A stretch of DNA of 63,056 bases, the filler included, from Octopus bimaculoides (taxonomy: Eukaryota): NCBI RefSeq assembly GCF_001194135.2. It is 4 parts of 4 records of this genome, joined end to end, with 100 filler letters (N's around TTAATTAATTAA, not from the genome) between each part and the next. Parts side by side here need not be neighbours in the genome. Positions count along the whole stretch, not along the records: positions 1 to 27,081 come from NC_068981.1; 3 more parts are not named here. One strand, 5' to 3'. This document shows positions 1 to 12,756 of the stretch, one piece after another (positions within the stretch are counted from its first letter, which is position 1; the number at the start of each line of letters is the position of its first letter). Position numbers and translations under genes: made by a program. The notes beneath the pieces were generated by a model. The model saw only the letters and a program-made list of their open reading frames with translations. It had not been told where the DNA came from and ran no database searches.

Positions 1-407
1 GCAGTGTCATGTATACATACATACTGTAGTGAACTGGCCAAGTTGCTAGCTTGCCTGATGGCAAGTGGGCCCCTGTGCCATTAGAATCCATATATGAGGG
101 ACCATGTTAGTATATAAGGGGCCCATCCCTTCAAGTTTGAGAATTTTTTAATTCACTCCTGGAAGAATGCATTAATTATTTCAGCCTGGCTGTGTTTGTA
201 GACAACTGAAAAGAATACTTTTAACAAAACAAAAATAAATGAATGATAGCATTGTAGTTGTGGGTCCCTTAGTCTCCTGGCAACCAATATTTTTAGGCCC
301 AGTCTGCCACTGTGTACATACATAAATACATGTGAATACATCTTTTTTGTATGTATGTGTGTGTGAAACAGAGCGAGAAAGAGAGTGTGATGTCTAAGTG
401 GCATTCA

Positions 408-441
<34 letters not shown>

Positions 442-779
442 TACATACAAGAAAGATGCATGCATATTTATGTATGCATGTATACATGACAACACACTCC
501 TTCACTCACTCTCTTTCTCTCTCTCACACACACACGTCCATTTCATCTGATGTTTGATACTGTACGTGTGTGTGTATGCACATATGTGCGGTGTTCCGCA
601 ATCGCCATTTCAATCACTCTTGTAAAGATATTCATGTATCTCATTTTTTTTTCATTTAATCTCCATTTTAATTTTCAAGGTAATCAATGTGGACTTCTGC
701 AACTCTGATAACTTTATTAGGCATGTTTGCAAATATATAAACAAAAGTTTAGATGTTGCAACATACACTCTTATGCAGA

Positions 780-1290
780 ATGGCAGTCAGTAGATAAATA
801 AAAATGACAAAAGGAAGATACATCAGTACCAATGAGGTTTTTTGGTGCATCTTCAATTTTCTCATGGCATCACAGAGTTGGCTGCATTTGTTAATGAACA
901 TGAACCTAAATTTCTTCCAGAATAACATTGTACATATGGTAAAATTATTTCGTCAGTCAGAGAAAAAAGTGGAGGAATTTTCTTTCTTGATGCTCCTGGT
1001 GGTACAGGTAAAACATTTGTAACAACACTGATCCTCTCCAAGGTAAGGCAACAAAAAAGAATTGCAGTTGCTGTAGCATTGTCTGGCATTGCTGCCACCA
1101 TTTTCCCAGGAGGATGAACAGCTCATTCTTTTAAATTACTGCTAAACCTGATCACAAATGACAGTCCAATTTGTAACAAGCAAAAGTTCAGATTCAGCAG
1201 AAGTGTTGCACCAATGCCACCTGATCATTTGGAATGACTGCACCATGTCACATAGAGGTGCAATGGAAGCTCTTGATAAGACTTTACCGC
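780..1290 (+). mobile_element. Internally deleted Helitron remnant (Rep C-terminal patch joined to the helicase N-terminus)
   Basis: GRYISTNEVFWCIF (about 813-855) is followed within about 150 bp by GGIFFLDAPGGTGKTF..KRIAVAVALSGIAAT..GG*TAHSF..LIIWNDCTMSHRGAMEALDKTL (Walker A at 989-1015). In the right-hand Helitron these motifs are about 900 bp apart. Confidence 0.9.
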
Positions 1291-2462
1291 AGTGCTTTTC
1301 AAAGTGGTGATCCACGAGCCATTAGCTGCTTCATACTTGCTGTGTCTAGCATGAGAAGAGAGTGTGGTATAGACCATTGATTATACAAAGATAAACTAGC
1401 TTTTTTCCGTTTCTGTCTACCAAATACACTCACAAGGCTTTGGTTTGCCCAAGGCTATAATAGAAGACAGTTGCCAAGGTCCCATGCAGTGGCACTGAAC
1501 CCCAAACCATGTAGTTGGCAAGCAAGCTTCTTACCACTCAGCCACATCTGTGCTTGCATACAGCCATGCCTGTATACATATTATAAAAATGCCATTGTGG
1601 AAAGATAAACTAGCACCAAAAATTAACTAGTAACTCCCTTTGTCATATTTCCGAAGTGAGCAAGTTAGGTGTGTCTTATTGTAATGTTGTTGCTAGTGGG
1701 CTGGTGTCTGGGCAGGTGGGGAGAGACATTCTGTACAGGTTTTCAGTTTAGAGAAGTAACAAGACAAAGACTTCCAGTATAGGTGGTGGTAGTGGTGGGA
1801 TGGGGGAGAGGGGCACACTGTGAACAACTGAGCAGTATGGCTAGAGGGAGGCCAGATAAGGTATTAAAAAAATTAATAAGAGAACTCGCTAAAAATGAAA
1901 ATGAAAAACATGTAAACAACTAGCAAAATAAGGTACCTATATTTGCAACAGTCCAGAACATTTCACTAGAAAAAATTAATTTAAATAAATAGTACACACG
2001 CAAACACATGCATGTTTGTATTTCATTATTCAGTTTTATTACAAGATTTTTTGCCAATAGAGAAAAAGTCAGTTTCTAGCCTAAATCCAAGGCTATTTCA
2101 TTGGAATTTCAACAACATCAACAGTGTATTTTTATTTGTATGTATACATACATGCATGCAGGTTAATATGTTTTGTATTATGTATGTATTCTCATGCATA
2201 TCCTTGCATATCTAGACCTGCTCATATATACTCAAATGATAAACTTCATTTTGACTGTGGCCATGCTGGAGTACCATCTTAAAGGGATTTAGCTAAAGAA
2301 ATCAACTCCAGGATTTATTCTTTGTAAGCCTAGTTCTTATTCTATCAGTCTCTTTTGTCAAACTGCTAAGTTACATGGACATATACACACCAGCATCAGT
2401 TGTCAAGTGATGGTGGACACACAAACACACACAATGGGCTTCTTTCAGTTTCTGTCTACCAA

Positions 2463-2727
2463 TGTTGTATTTCCCTTGGAAGACTCGCAGAGATAACACA
2501 ACGAGTTATACAATTTAATTATTACATTTATTATTCAATTACATACAAAGAACGCACTCACCCAATGTTCGTTATGAATAAACAAAAGTCATGTCCGCCA
2601 TATATCTATCAATGACCTTTTACTACGACAGTCACACAAGACAACAACAATGAAACAATGAACTCAGACGAACCACAGTGACACACGGAACGTCAGACGA
2701 ATTACATATCTAACAGTCCATATAACA
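2463..2727 (-). mobile_element. Solo-LTR-like insert (265 bp) interrupting a SINE
   Basis: The minus strand begins TGTTATAT, ends ATACAACA and carries an AATAAA in its 3' half. It retains CpGs in an otherwise CpG-depleted region. It is flanked by an exact 85-bp direct repeat (2378-2462 and 2728-2812). Confidence 0.7.
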
Positions 2728-3689
2728 GACATATACACACCAGCATCAGTTGTCAAGTGATGGTGGACACACAAACACACACAATGGGCTTCTTTCAGTT
2801 TCTGTCTACCAAATACACTCACAAGGCTTTGGTTGGCCCAAGGCTATAATAGAAGACAGTTGCCAAGGTCCCATGCAGGAGGACTGAACCCCAAACCATG
2901 TAGTTGGCAAGCAAACTTCTTACCACTCAGCCATGCCTGTATACATATACAAATGCCATTGTGGAAAGATGAGAGAAAATCATTGTTCTAAAAATGACAC
3001 AATATAACAGTAACCATGTTCAATTGTGCAGGTATAAGTTAGTTCAACTACCCAGAGTAGTCTGGGTGGTTGACAGCATAAGCAACAGGGGAGTAGGCCA
3101 ACTGTCCTGGAACCCTCAAGCTGGTGCAGTAAACAAAAATCTGGAGTTATGGGGTAGTTAATTAATGTAAAGGGGAAATGGGAGAGAGAGGCAGCGAAAA
3201 ACTCAACTGACCATGGTTGATAGCTAGTTTATATTAAGATTAAAGGGATTTTTTTGTATTACCCATTATGTATTTTTAAAAACAAATTTCCTCAGCCAAA
3301 CTTTTTCCTAATTCTTGGAAGTATTTATAAAAGTGAATGTTGTTCCACTTGAGAAAGTAAAATAATATATTTGGGGAAACTACTAGCATATCTTCAAAAC
3401 AGCAAAGCAGACTTATTAATTACTGTAATAATTTAATTATGATGCATACATTTTAAAAGGTTGGAGTTTTACAACTGATAAGAGAAAGAAACAATATTGT
3501 ACTTATTCATATTTCTCCTCAAAAGAATGTAAAGGCTTTCTCTATTTGTAAATAAATTCAGGGAAGTAAGTAACCTGAATCACAGCTGTTAACTTCTAGA
3601 TCAGCCATGACAAGATAACAAAAGAAACCACCATCCAGGTTAGGATGCTGGCTTATACAGACTGTAACTCCTGGATAGTCAGATAATCT

Positions 3690-4300
3690 CCACAGGATTA
3701 GTGACACATGAAAGACAGCAAGAACTAAATGTGAGACAAGTTATACCATTTTCCACAGGGTTTAGATGAGACTTCTAAAAAATATAGTGCTGTCTTTACT
3801 GTGAGAAATTTACAGCTGAAGATGATGGAGCCCAGTGAGAAAGGGATTAGATGAATTTTCTTGCTCTGACTCCATACATCTCATGGGCCTGTCAACCTTG
3901 TCAATGTCTACGCTCTGACACTTTATCCTACACAAAATACAAAAATCCTATGATCTGCTGTATAGAAAACTGGCCTCCAGCAAGAGAATATAAGGGCAAC
4001 TTTGTCTTTGTTTCAAAGATGTCTGTAAGAGAGAAAAGTAGTCTATTTACATGAATATTGAAAGGACATTGCTGGTGATTGTTTCCACTGGAGAATCGAA
4101 CTAGGCAAAGACGAGCATAATCAGCAAAAACCAGCACCAGGACAAGACAGGCAGTCAGTCTTGTTTTGGTGCTGTCATAGTCACTATCCATGTAGTAGAT
4201 ACTGTTCTGCCAATAAGACTAAACTAAGACTTTCTAGATGCAGATCTATGGCATTGTGAGACTAATGGAGGACTCTTATTGATTTTTATATAGAAATGTC
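3690..4300 (+). mobile_element. Degenerate LINE AP-endonuclease fragment
   Basis: HGPVNLVNVYALTLYPT (from 3882) matches the RTE endonuclease 'GPVNLISVYAPTL' motif. There are many stops. Confidence 0.55.
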
Positions 4301-5612
4301 CAGTTAACTATATGTGGCTGTTATTTCTAAATTTTTTCTTTTCTTTTCTTGGTATAGTGTTTTGTATAAAATTCATACAGGCTTAGTGAAGGTTGGGCAT
4401 CTTCACAGGCAGAGAAAATCTATAACCATCAACAATTTGTCATGTACTCATCAGAACCATGTTGCTGAATTATTAAGTATTAATGGTCATAATAGTGAAT
4501 GCACAGACTTTGCTTCCAGCTGTCTACATTTATAACAGATAATAGTTTGTTGGAAAGACTACTAAAAGTACATGCAAGAGTACAGCAACAACATTCTAAG
4601 GGAATGTTACTCTCTGCTGATTCCTGGCCAAAAGTTTAAGCCCAACAACTTTCAGCACCACTCTGACTGTAATATTGTCTGCTGTGGCACTACAGATACC
4701 ATCTGCTATGCTACTACAGTGGAAAATTTAGCACATTTAAAGTGTAGCATAAATAATCTGATAAATGTTCCACATAAGTTTGTATTTACTCAGCAATAAC
4801 TGCAGCTACTTCAAATGAGATGAATATAATTAATTAGCTAAATGGAAAAATTTATATATAATTTGTTTATATAATTAGGAACATTTCTGTAGAATGATAA
4901 TGAAAACATTATTCATAGCATCAATTAAAAACAATAGAAGTATAGATATTAAAGACCTCTGGAAAAAAGAATTAATGAGGAGAAAAATATCACTCATCAA
5001 ACTAATTGGAAATCCTTTTTTGTTTTGAAATAGAACAAACAAATTCAATCTCTCAACTAATATTGCAATTAACTATCATTTATTTACAAAATAGCTCTTG
5101 CAGTATCAATGGAAAATTTAGAAGTAAATTTTAATTGTATTTAATACTGTTTTTAAAATTATCTGTTGCTATAATATAATGTCTTGTCTGGGATCATTTA
5201 TGTATTGACAAATGTAGAATGTAAATGTTAACAAATGTTGAAATCTCATACAAAAAGTTAATTTCTGACTGTCAAATAAGAAATTAAGTGTTTTTATTAC
5301 ACCCTATAACAAGCATACATAGTCCAGTTATGAAAACAATTTTAAGCAGATGCACTGCTCTAAATTTTGAACCAAAATTATCTTAACAATAATGCTTGTG
5401 TTTACATATAATAAATGCAGCATTTGCTCAGTATAAAGAAGAGCTATTCTCATCACTATCATGCAATTCCTATGATGAATTTAATTTTTTGTCTATATAC
5501 ACTGGCCAGATAAGCTGGATACATTTTTCTGACATATTTATTTGTTTTATCAGCTGTATTACAATACAAAACTACATGTCTAGACAATTGAATCAACAGA
5601 GTCAATTGTTTA

Positions 5613-5990
5613 GGTGGTGAGCTGGCAGAATGCCTAGTGGCATTTTGTCTGTCTTTATGTTGAGTTCAAATACGACTGGGGTTGACTTTGCCCTTCATCC
5701 TTTCAAGGTTCATTAAAATAAGACAAGCTCCTCCCTAAGAATTCCAGGCTAAGTGCCTATAGTTGAAAGAATTATCATCATCATTATTATTATTAAAGGC
5801 AGTGAGCTGGCAGAATCATTAGCACAATGAGCAAAATGCTTAGTGCATTTTATCTGCCTTAATGTTCTGAGTTCAAATTTCGCTGACATTGACTTTGCAT
5901 GTCATCCTTTCAGGGTCAATAAAATAAGCACCAGATGAACACTCCCCCGAAATTGCTGGCCTTGTACCAAAATTTGAAATTACTATTATT
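5613..5990 (+). mobile_element. Two adjacent CpG-decayed SINE family A copies (about 5613-5772 and 5796-5990)
   Basis: GTGAGCTGGCAGAAT..GAGTTCAAAT..TTGACTTTGC..TCATCCTTTCA. Consensus CpGs read TG/CA. Another partial copy lies at about 6290-6455. Confidence 0.8.
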
Positions 5991-6084
5991 ATTAAGCATT
6001 TGAAAGAAGCCTTACCCCACTACCTCACCAGGTTGGATCAACTGGCATCCTTGAGGACCAAAGTAATTAGCCTTTTCACTTTCT

Positions 6085-6250
6085 TTTCCCTAACTAAATG
6101 GCTACACTTGGTTTGGAAGCAAGGTCACTTGCTCAATGACCTCAGGTTGATAGATATAGATATGGCAGCCATTAGTGGAACAAGTATTTCTAGAGCACAA
6201 CTCATGGCACCCATTTTTGATGATTACAAGGGGTTCTCATCTTGCAGTCT
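6085..6250 (+). mobile_element. LINE AP-endonuclease N-terminal fragment
   Basis: KQGHLLNDLRLIDIDMAAISGT resembles the 'xxDIxxxxET' first endonuclease motif. Confidence 0.45.
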
Positions 6251-6889
6251 CTTGGATTCAGTCTTAGACAAAATGTCCTGAGGTATTTGTTTCAACTTTT
6301 TTCATTTGGAATTCAAATTTCACCAATGTTAACTTTGCTTTTCATCCTTTCAGAGTTAATAATAAATTAGGGACCAGTCAAGTACTGAAGTCAATATATT
6401 CAGCAACCACCTTTCACCAACTTCCTGGCCTTGTTCCTACCTTAGAAATCATTATTGTTTTTCTATTGAACAGAATGGATTAAAAATATTGGTTTGTGCT
6501 TTTTCTTCAAACTCACTGTCAAGTCTACACAAAAGGCCTTCAAATAAAAAGAAGCTGTTCCAAAGTTTGGAAGATTTTTAGAACATTGCATGTCTGTCCT
6601 GGTGCCCAAACTTTCCATGTAGTGCAATATTTGTTTATTATTATTATTATTATTATTATTATTGATGCCTCATTTGACATTTATGCTGTTGGGCTGGCTC
6701 ATCCCATTACTACAGTTTAAAAAGAGAATTGTTCCACTTGGCCATGCTATTTTGTAAGAATTTTGAGATGACAGATATCTTGTATATCTCAAAGGCCTTG
6801 AGTATCCATTTATGTAGGACACTGTCAATTGCTTTCCAATATTCTATCCATGCCATACTTATTATTACTATTATTATCATTATTACTAT

Positions 6890-7975
6890 TATATTTTAAA
6901 AGCCCATGTTATCCCATATTTATCTCCACTGCCACTCCAATCATCCACATCATATAATTTGGTTAATTCTGAAATCCCAACTTTTGAGGATAAAACGGAT
7001 TTGTACTGACATAGGGGATTACTGAAAACTTGTAAATGCTTTTGTACACAATTATGTAAAACAGGGTTACAGTGAATCACAATTAAAGGAAATTGCAAAT
7101 GAAATAGCTAAGATTAGCCAGGAAAGTCAAGCTGTCACACATAATTTTAGCAAACAAATTACAAGATATGACAGAATTCCTTTAGTGATTAACTGGCACC
7201 GAAATTTCACTGGCATTTCAAAAGTGTTGCATGAAAGTTACCAGCATGTTACGGAAAAATATCCTCATTTCAAACAAATATTTCCTCAGCTGCCTATTGT
7301 AGCCTTTAAATGAAATAAAATTATAATAGAACTATTGACCTCTACTTCTGACTCCAAGAAAACTAACATTGAGGTTTCTGCATGCTGAATCTTGAAAAAC
7401 AGCTGCAAGAGAGTTAAGTTGATTGTGCAACAACATGAGTCAAGACAATTCCATCAGGAATCATGACAGAAATGTTACAATTTACACAGAAGGTGGAACG
7501 TGTAAAGATTTCTACTTGGTGTACACAGCAGAATGCACCAAACACAACTTGATTTATGTTGGTTGTACAACAGAACAATTAAACAAAAGATTTAATGGGC
7601 CCAGATATGATATCAGGCACAATAACAGCAGTTTGACAGAACTTGACGAACACTTTGTTTCAAACAGCTGTAATTTTGAAAAAGACTTGTGCATATTCTC
7701 AGAAAATATTTTGAATCTGCTACACTTTCAATACTCAAAATGCATGAGGAGAAATATGTTTGCGGGTTATTAGCATCATGCCCTGGAGGAATGAATAAAA
7801 TGGCAGGAGAATATCATCAAATTTATACAAAACTGTTTGATTAAATATTTTTCTTTTTCCTTTCCTTTTTTTTTTCTGTCTTTTTCTCTCCACCGGTTAT
7901 GAAATTGAAACTTAAAGACTGATGATGTCATTCCATCAGCATATGGACGCTAGTTGCTCTCGTTCATACTTTAGA
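6890..7975 (+). mobile_element. Penelope-like element fragment (RT thumb, linker, GIY-YIG endonuclease, 3' pLTR-like tail), degenerate
   Basis: Translates as KPMLSHIYLHCHSNHPHH..KSQLLRIKRICTD, RIPLVINWH..KQIFPQLPIVAFK, and LVYTAECTKHNLIYVGCTTEQLNKRFNG.RYDI (GIY-YIG). A CTGATGA hammerhead-like remnant lies at 7919. Confidence 0.85.
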
Positions 7976-8103
7976 TTTGAATTTCTATAATTTTGAATTT
8001 TTATCACTTTTTATTTTGAACTTGACAAAGACAGGCTTGCTGCCGAAAGGTTGTTCAACCAATAAATTATCTATTGCAATCACATCATGTTCTTCGTCTT
8101 GTC

Positions 8104-8142
<39 letters not shown>

Positions 8143-10899
8143 CATTATTATTATGATCATCATTGAGTGAGAGAGCAATACATGCAATCAAAGTGACACT
8201 GAGGCACAAATAAATGAAGCCCAGTATACTTGTCATGACTACTCGTCCGATAAAGGTACACCAGACACATGCATCACAACCATATGTGCGCAACATGGTA
8301 ATCTCATATCTAGGTGGGGCCCAGTTTGAATTTTCTGCAGGACAAGTAGCCCATCCTGCTCCAAAGGTCCCTGAATAAGGGTTGTTTAAGGATGCTGAAC
8401 GAAACACTCATGTTTCCAGAGCTGAATTATCCAAACCCAAAGAATTCCTCTCAACACATGGCCACAATGCTCCCCTACTTCTTCTGCTTGTGATCAGAGA
8501 TGCATGTATCATCAGCCACTAAGGGACATGCTCAACTAGTTATGATCAAACAACTTATTATTATTAAAATCATTATATAACCATTGTCTAGTTTCTGAAA
8601 ATTTAAGAATATCTCTATTGGAAAGCTGATCGTTCAGATTTTACTATTACCAATGTTCTATTCTCTCAAGTAAAACACCTGAATTCATCTTGCACCAGTT
8701 TACTTGACTGAATCAAAAATAGATTCCATTCTTATTCTTAAAAGAATGAGTGACAGAGGTAGGAAGAGCAACTCTAGCCGTAAAAATATTAATATTTTTA
8801 CTAAACACTATTCTGCATATGTGATGCAATGTAGGAGGATTTCTAAAAGAGAAATAGAATGACACCAAAAGACAAGAATTGAAAATCTGATATGAGCTAT
8901 GATATCAAGAATTACAGAACATTCATCTCTGCAAATGGAAAAAAAAAAATATAATTTCCATTGGTAGAAAAAGATGTTATGGGGAACATACTTCTGCCCC
9001 ACATAAACAAATCAAAACACAAAAGAAACAGAGTTATGTAAGCTTCTCGTCATATTGGAGTTATGTTTACTAAAACAAGTTAAAAGAACATTAAAATCGA
9101 TGTATCTCTGTGAAACAGAGTCTGTAATAGACAGCAGAAAGCCTGTAGGTTATAGTAATTGTTTGTTAGCTCCTACAAGAAAATTTACCCAAGTTGAGAG
9201 CGAAATTGGTTTTATATTAAAGAGAAAAAATGGAATAGATATTATCCTAGAGCATAAAATTACAAGTTATAAAGTAAACAAAGAAGATTGAATTTAGAGC
9301 TAAAATCTTATCTGGAAGTATTAATGACATTGTATCATAAACAGGCTAAACTAGTATTTAGAGATGCTTGATGGAAAATATCAGGTTTATTAGGAAGAAA
9401 ATGCGTATTTGTTTTGAAGAAAAAAAGAATACATTGGTGAACATATTGTCAATTATAAACTTATTTCTTCTATCTGCTGGATTAGCCTCCAATTGATCTT
9501 GTTTCATACAAGAGATGATGTGAAATAGTTGATACATAAATAATCTTGTTTTAGACAACCAGGTTTTTAACACTTAGTAATGCATGGAAATAATAATAAG
9601 AAGAACAGCAGCAGCACCACTGCCACCATCACATAGAAATACAATAATGACAGTGAACTAAAAGTTGAAATACTACCAATTTTTATGTAGTTTGCTGCAA
9701 TATATTCTCACAGTAATGTAATCCTTTCAGTTTGGATGTAACTTATTACAACAACAAAAGCATTGTCACTTTAGTAGAATAGTTAGTATGGTTAGTTTTA
9801 TATGCATGACAAGTTATTATAGAGATGGGGCCATGAGGTAAGGATGAAGCCAAATGATAAAAAGTTACAAAAGCAAATTTCAGATGATAGAATCAACAAA
9901 CAACCAAATAAAATACTGTGTAGTATCCCCACTAAGTTTACTTTGCCTTTCATCCTTCTGAATTTAATAACATAAGTAGTGGGGTCAATGTAATGAACTC
10001 TACCCAATAATTTGGTTCCAATCCAATGACTGAAACCAGTTAAAAGAAAACATCAGGTCAACTACGAAGGTCAGTCGATGTTGATGCTGTTTGCTAGCTC
10101 CTGTCAGCTTTTCTTGTGGAATATTATAAAACATGGAAGTAGTTGTATAGTGTAGTAATGATCATCTTTTCTAAAGTCATAGTAGCTTTAAATGATCAAG
10201 GGCATGTGATCTGGAAGAAATTTAGCTGCTATAGTTGACAGAGCAAGTATGTGGTAGCTCTCTTGTTGACTTATGAAACCACATAATTTTCTTTTCTCTT
10301 TGTCTCTCTCTTAATTGTGTCCTTAACAGCAATAAAATACTGTAAGTACAGAAATAACCAGAGACAGTATACAAAATAAAGTTATCACTGTCACAAACAC
10401 TCATCAGTGTCATTTTATGTCTGCCCTCCTATGCTGGTATGAGTCAGGCTGGCTGTTATGGTTTGAGTCAGATTTTACCTGGAGTTACTGCCTTCCCAAA
10501 TGAGTCAGGGACCACAACTTACTCATATGTTACAATTTTAGCATGGTTTCTCTGGCTCTATGTTGTTCCTCCTGTCACCCACTTTAGTGTATTGGGTGAG
10601 GTTGTTTTGTCTAAGACTAAAATGTTCAGTATACCCTATGTTGTTTCAGTTTTTTTTACTAGCATCAGAGATGTTGTCTTGCCCTCTCTTCCTTGCATTG
10701 TCTCCATTTGCTTGACCCTTTATTACATACAGTATAGAATAGGGAGAAAGTCAAAAAGAGAGAGAAAGAAAAGGGAAGAAGGAGCATGAGAAACACCTAC
10801 ATAATGGTTGTAAGTAAAGAGATGACAGAGTGATAAGAGAGAGTAGTGAGTGTATATGTGTGAAGCAGAAAGAGATACAGAAGGGGGCTTTAGTACACA

Positions 10900-12420
10900 A
10901 CCACATAATGGTTGATGGTAAAGAGATTCAATAGAAATAGCATGAGTGAAGGAACTTTACATTAAAGTCTTCCAGGTTTGGAAATTAATAGCTATGAGAA
11001 CATCATCAGTATACAGGATTTCTCATTAGCAGCTGATATTAAATCCCGGTGTTATGACCAGGAGGACTATAATAAAGAGAAGGGAGTTGTGAATTGTGCC
11101 CTAATCAACACATCCCTCTATGTTGATTTTCAAGTTGAACAAATTATTGACTCTCACATTGCTGACAGTACCTCTGTATATGGCATGCATAGTTCTTAGA
11201 AGCCATTAATTTATCTCTAGCTTTCTTAGTGACTTGCAGAGCATGGGAACCTTTCTAGCCAATGAAAGCTAAGTTGAATGGCTTACACTTAGCTTTATAC
11301 TTCACCTATAGTTGTTTCACTAGGAGAAAAGCATCAGTAGAATCCAGTCCTGTTATAACCCTAAACTATATCTCATTAATGCTAATTCTCTTTCTAATCA
11401 GTTGTGCTACAATTCTTTCTGTAACTTTAATAATATGGTCCATTAATTTTATGTGTAGAGATCACCTTTGCCTTTATAGCAGCTGATGACGAAACTGCTC
11501 CCTGTAATTGTAGCAGTTGATGATAAACGCTCCCTGTAATTTTAAATTGAATATTGAGGTGACTTTTGTGTGAGCTACTTTTCCAAATATTTTTAAACAT
11601 CTCAGCAACCATACTTTCTGATATTTAATCATGTTTTCAAATCATACAGTTGTCAACTTCAATCATTGGACCCTCTACTGCGTTTACTTGGGGTTAGCCC
11701 TATTTCTTCTACGTGTTCTCCTCATTTAACAAACTGGTAGTAGCATATCCATGTCTTTTTCTTTTCAGTGGAACAAAAGTTGTATTGCAATCATTTTGTA
11801 TTCACTTCTTTCCAACAATGTCTTAATTATCTCTCCTACACTGCTCCCCATGTAACCTTTCTGGAACATTCTCCAAGCAACACATCTGATCTGTTCCTCA
11901 AAGCAGGTTGTCTTGTAGAAAGTCCCAGTTGTTCCTTATGCTATAAGTCTTTACCTCCTCCTCCTTCCTGTCATATGTTTTAACTAGAACTTCTTTGAAC
12001 ATATGTCTGTTATAGAGGTCTTTCAGCTAACATATCTTTTGCCAGACATTTTTGCATGTCTAGATCCGCTAGCTCTAATCCTAAGGCTGATGATCACCAG
12101 TCTGTATTGTGTGGTACATTCTTCAACAGAGAGAGACTTAGGGCTCACAATTAGCTGTCTGTCAGTACACAGTCTATTTAGCAAACATGTTTGCCTGATT
12201 AGTAGGCAATCAGATGACTGACCAGTTTCTTGAAGTTAGTCTTGCAAATGAATAGTTTATGTGTATTGCAAAATTCTACAAGCCTTGATTCCTCTTCATT
12301 CTTTGTATCATATCTATAGCCTCCATGTATGTTGGAATAGTCATCAAAATGTTGCTCAACATGTTGATTACATTTGTTTGGAGAGCGCAGACCTCTGCCA
12401 AGCAGCTCATTTTAAGATAG
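10900..12420 (-). mobile_element. Old degenerate RTE-like LINE (RT core), boundaries approximate
   Basis: The minus frame around 10990-11190 reads IYRGTVSNVRVNN..GTIHNSLLFIIVLLVITPGFNISC**EILYTDDVLIA (degenerate LYADD). The extension to about 12420 is inferred from LINE-like composition only. Confidence 0.55.
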
Positions 12421-12499
12421 TTATGCAAGTAAAATTACTAATAGAGAAACGAAAATAAACACAGCAACGCCACCATAGGTTATGTGGAAATGATGAACG

Positions 12500-12756
12500 T
12501 GTTTTCAAGGGAGATAATCAAAGAACGTAACATTGTAATACTTCATGTAAGGTAAATATAACAAATGAAAAATCCTTCAAGAATCCATAAAAATTCCCGA
12601 ATCACTACCAAAATTTCAACATCTGTTCCTTGTGTCATTACCAACTTTTCCTGCAAGTTTCATCAAATACCGTTCACAACTTTTTGAGTTATTTTGCACA
12701 CAGATGGACAAACCAATGCCGATGAAAATATAACCTCCTTCCTTAGTTGAGGTAAT
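12500..12756 (+). mobile_element. Short non-autonomous element with a 3' subterminal hairpin (Helentron/HINE- or 'pearl'-like)
   Basis: It ends AAGTTTCATCAAATACCGTTC..CAGATGGACAAACC..GATGAAAATATAACCTCCTTCCTTAGTTGAGGTAAT, with an ACCTC/GAGGT hairpin. The classification comes from recalled similarity to mollusc/fish elements only. Confidence 0.45.

Noticed and set aside
1937-1965. Possible 29-nt micro-exon (EMFWTVANI) on the minus strand
   Set aside because: The donor (GTACCT) is weak, it has no recognisable homology, and it could easily arise by chance.
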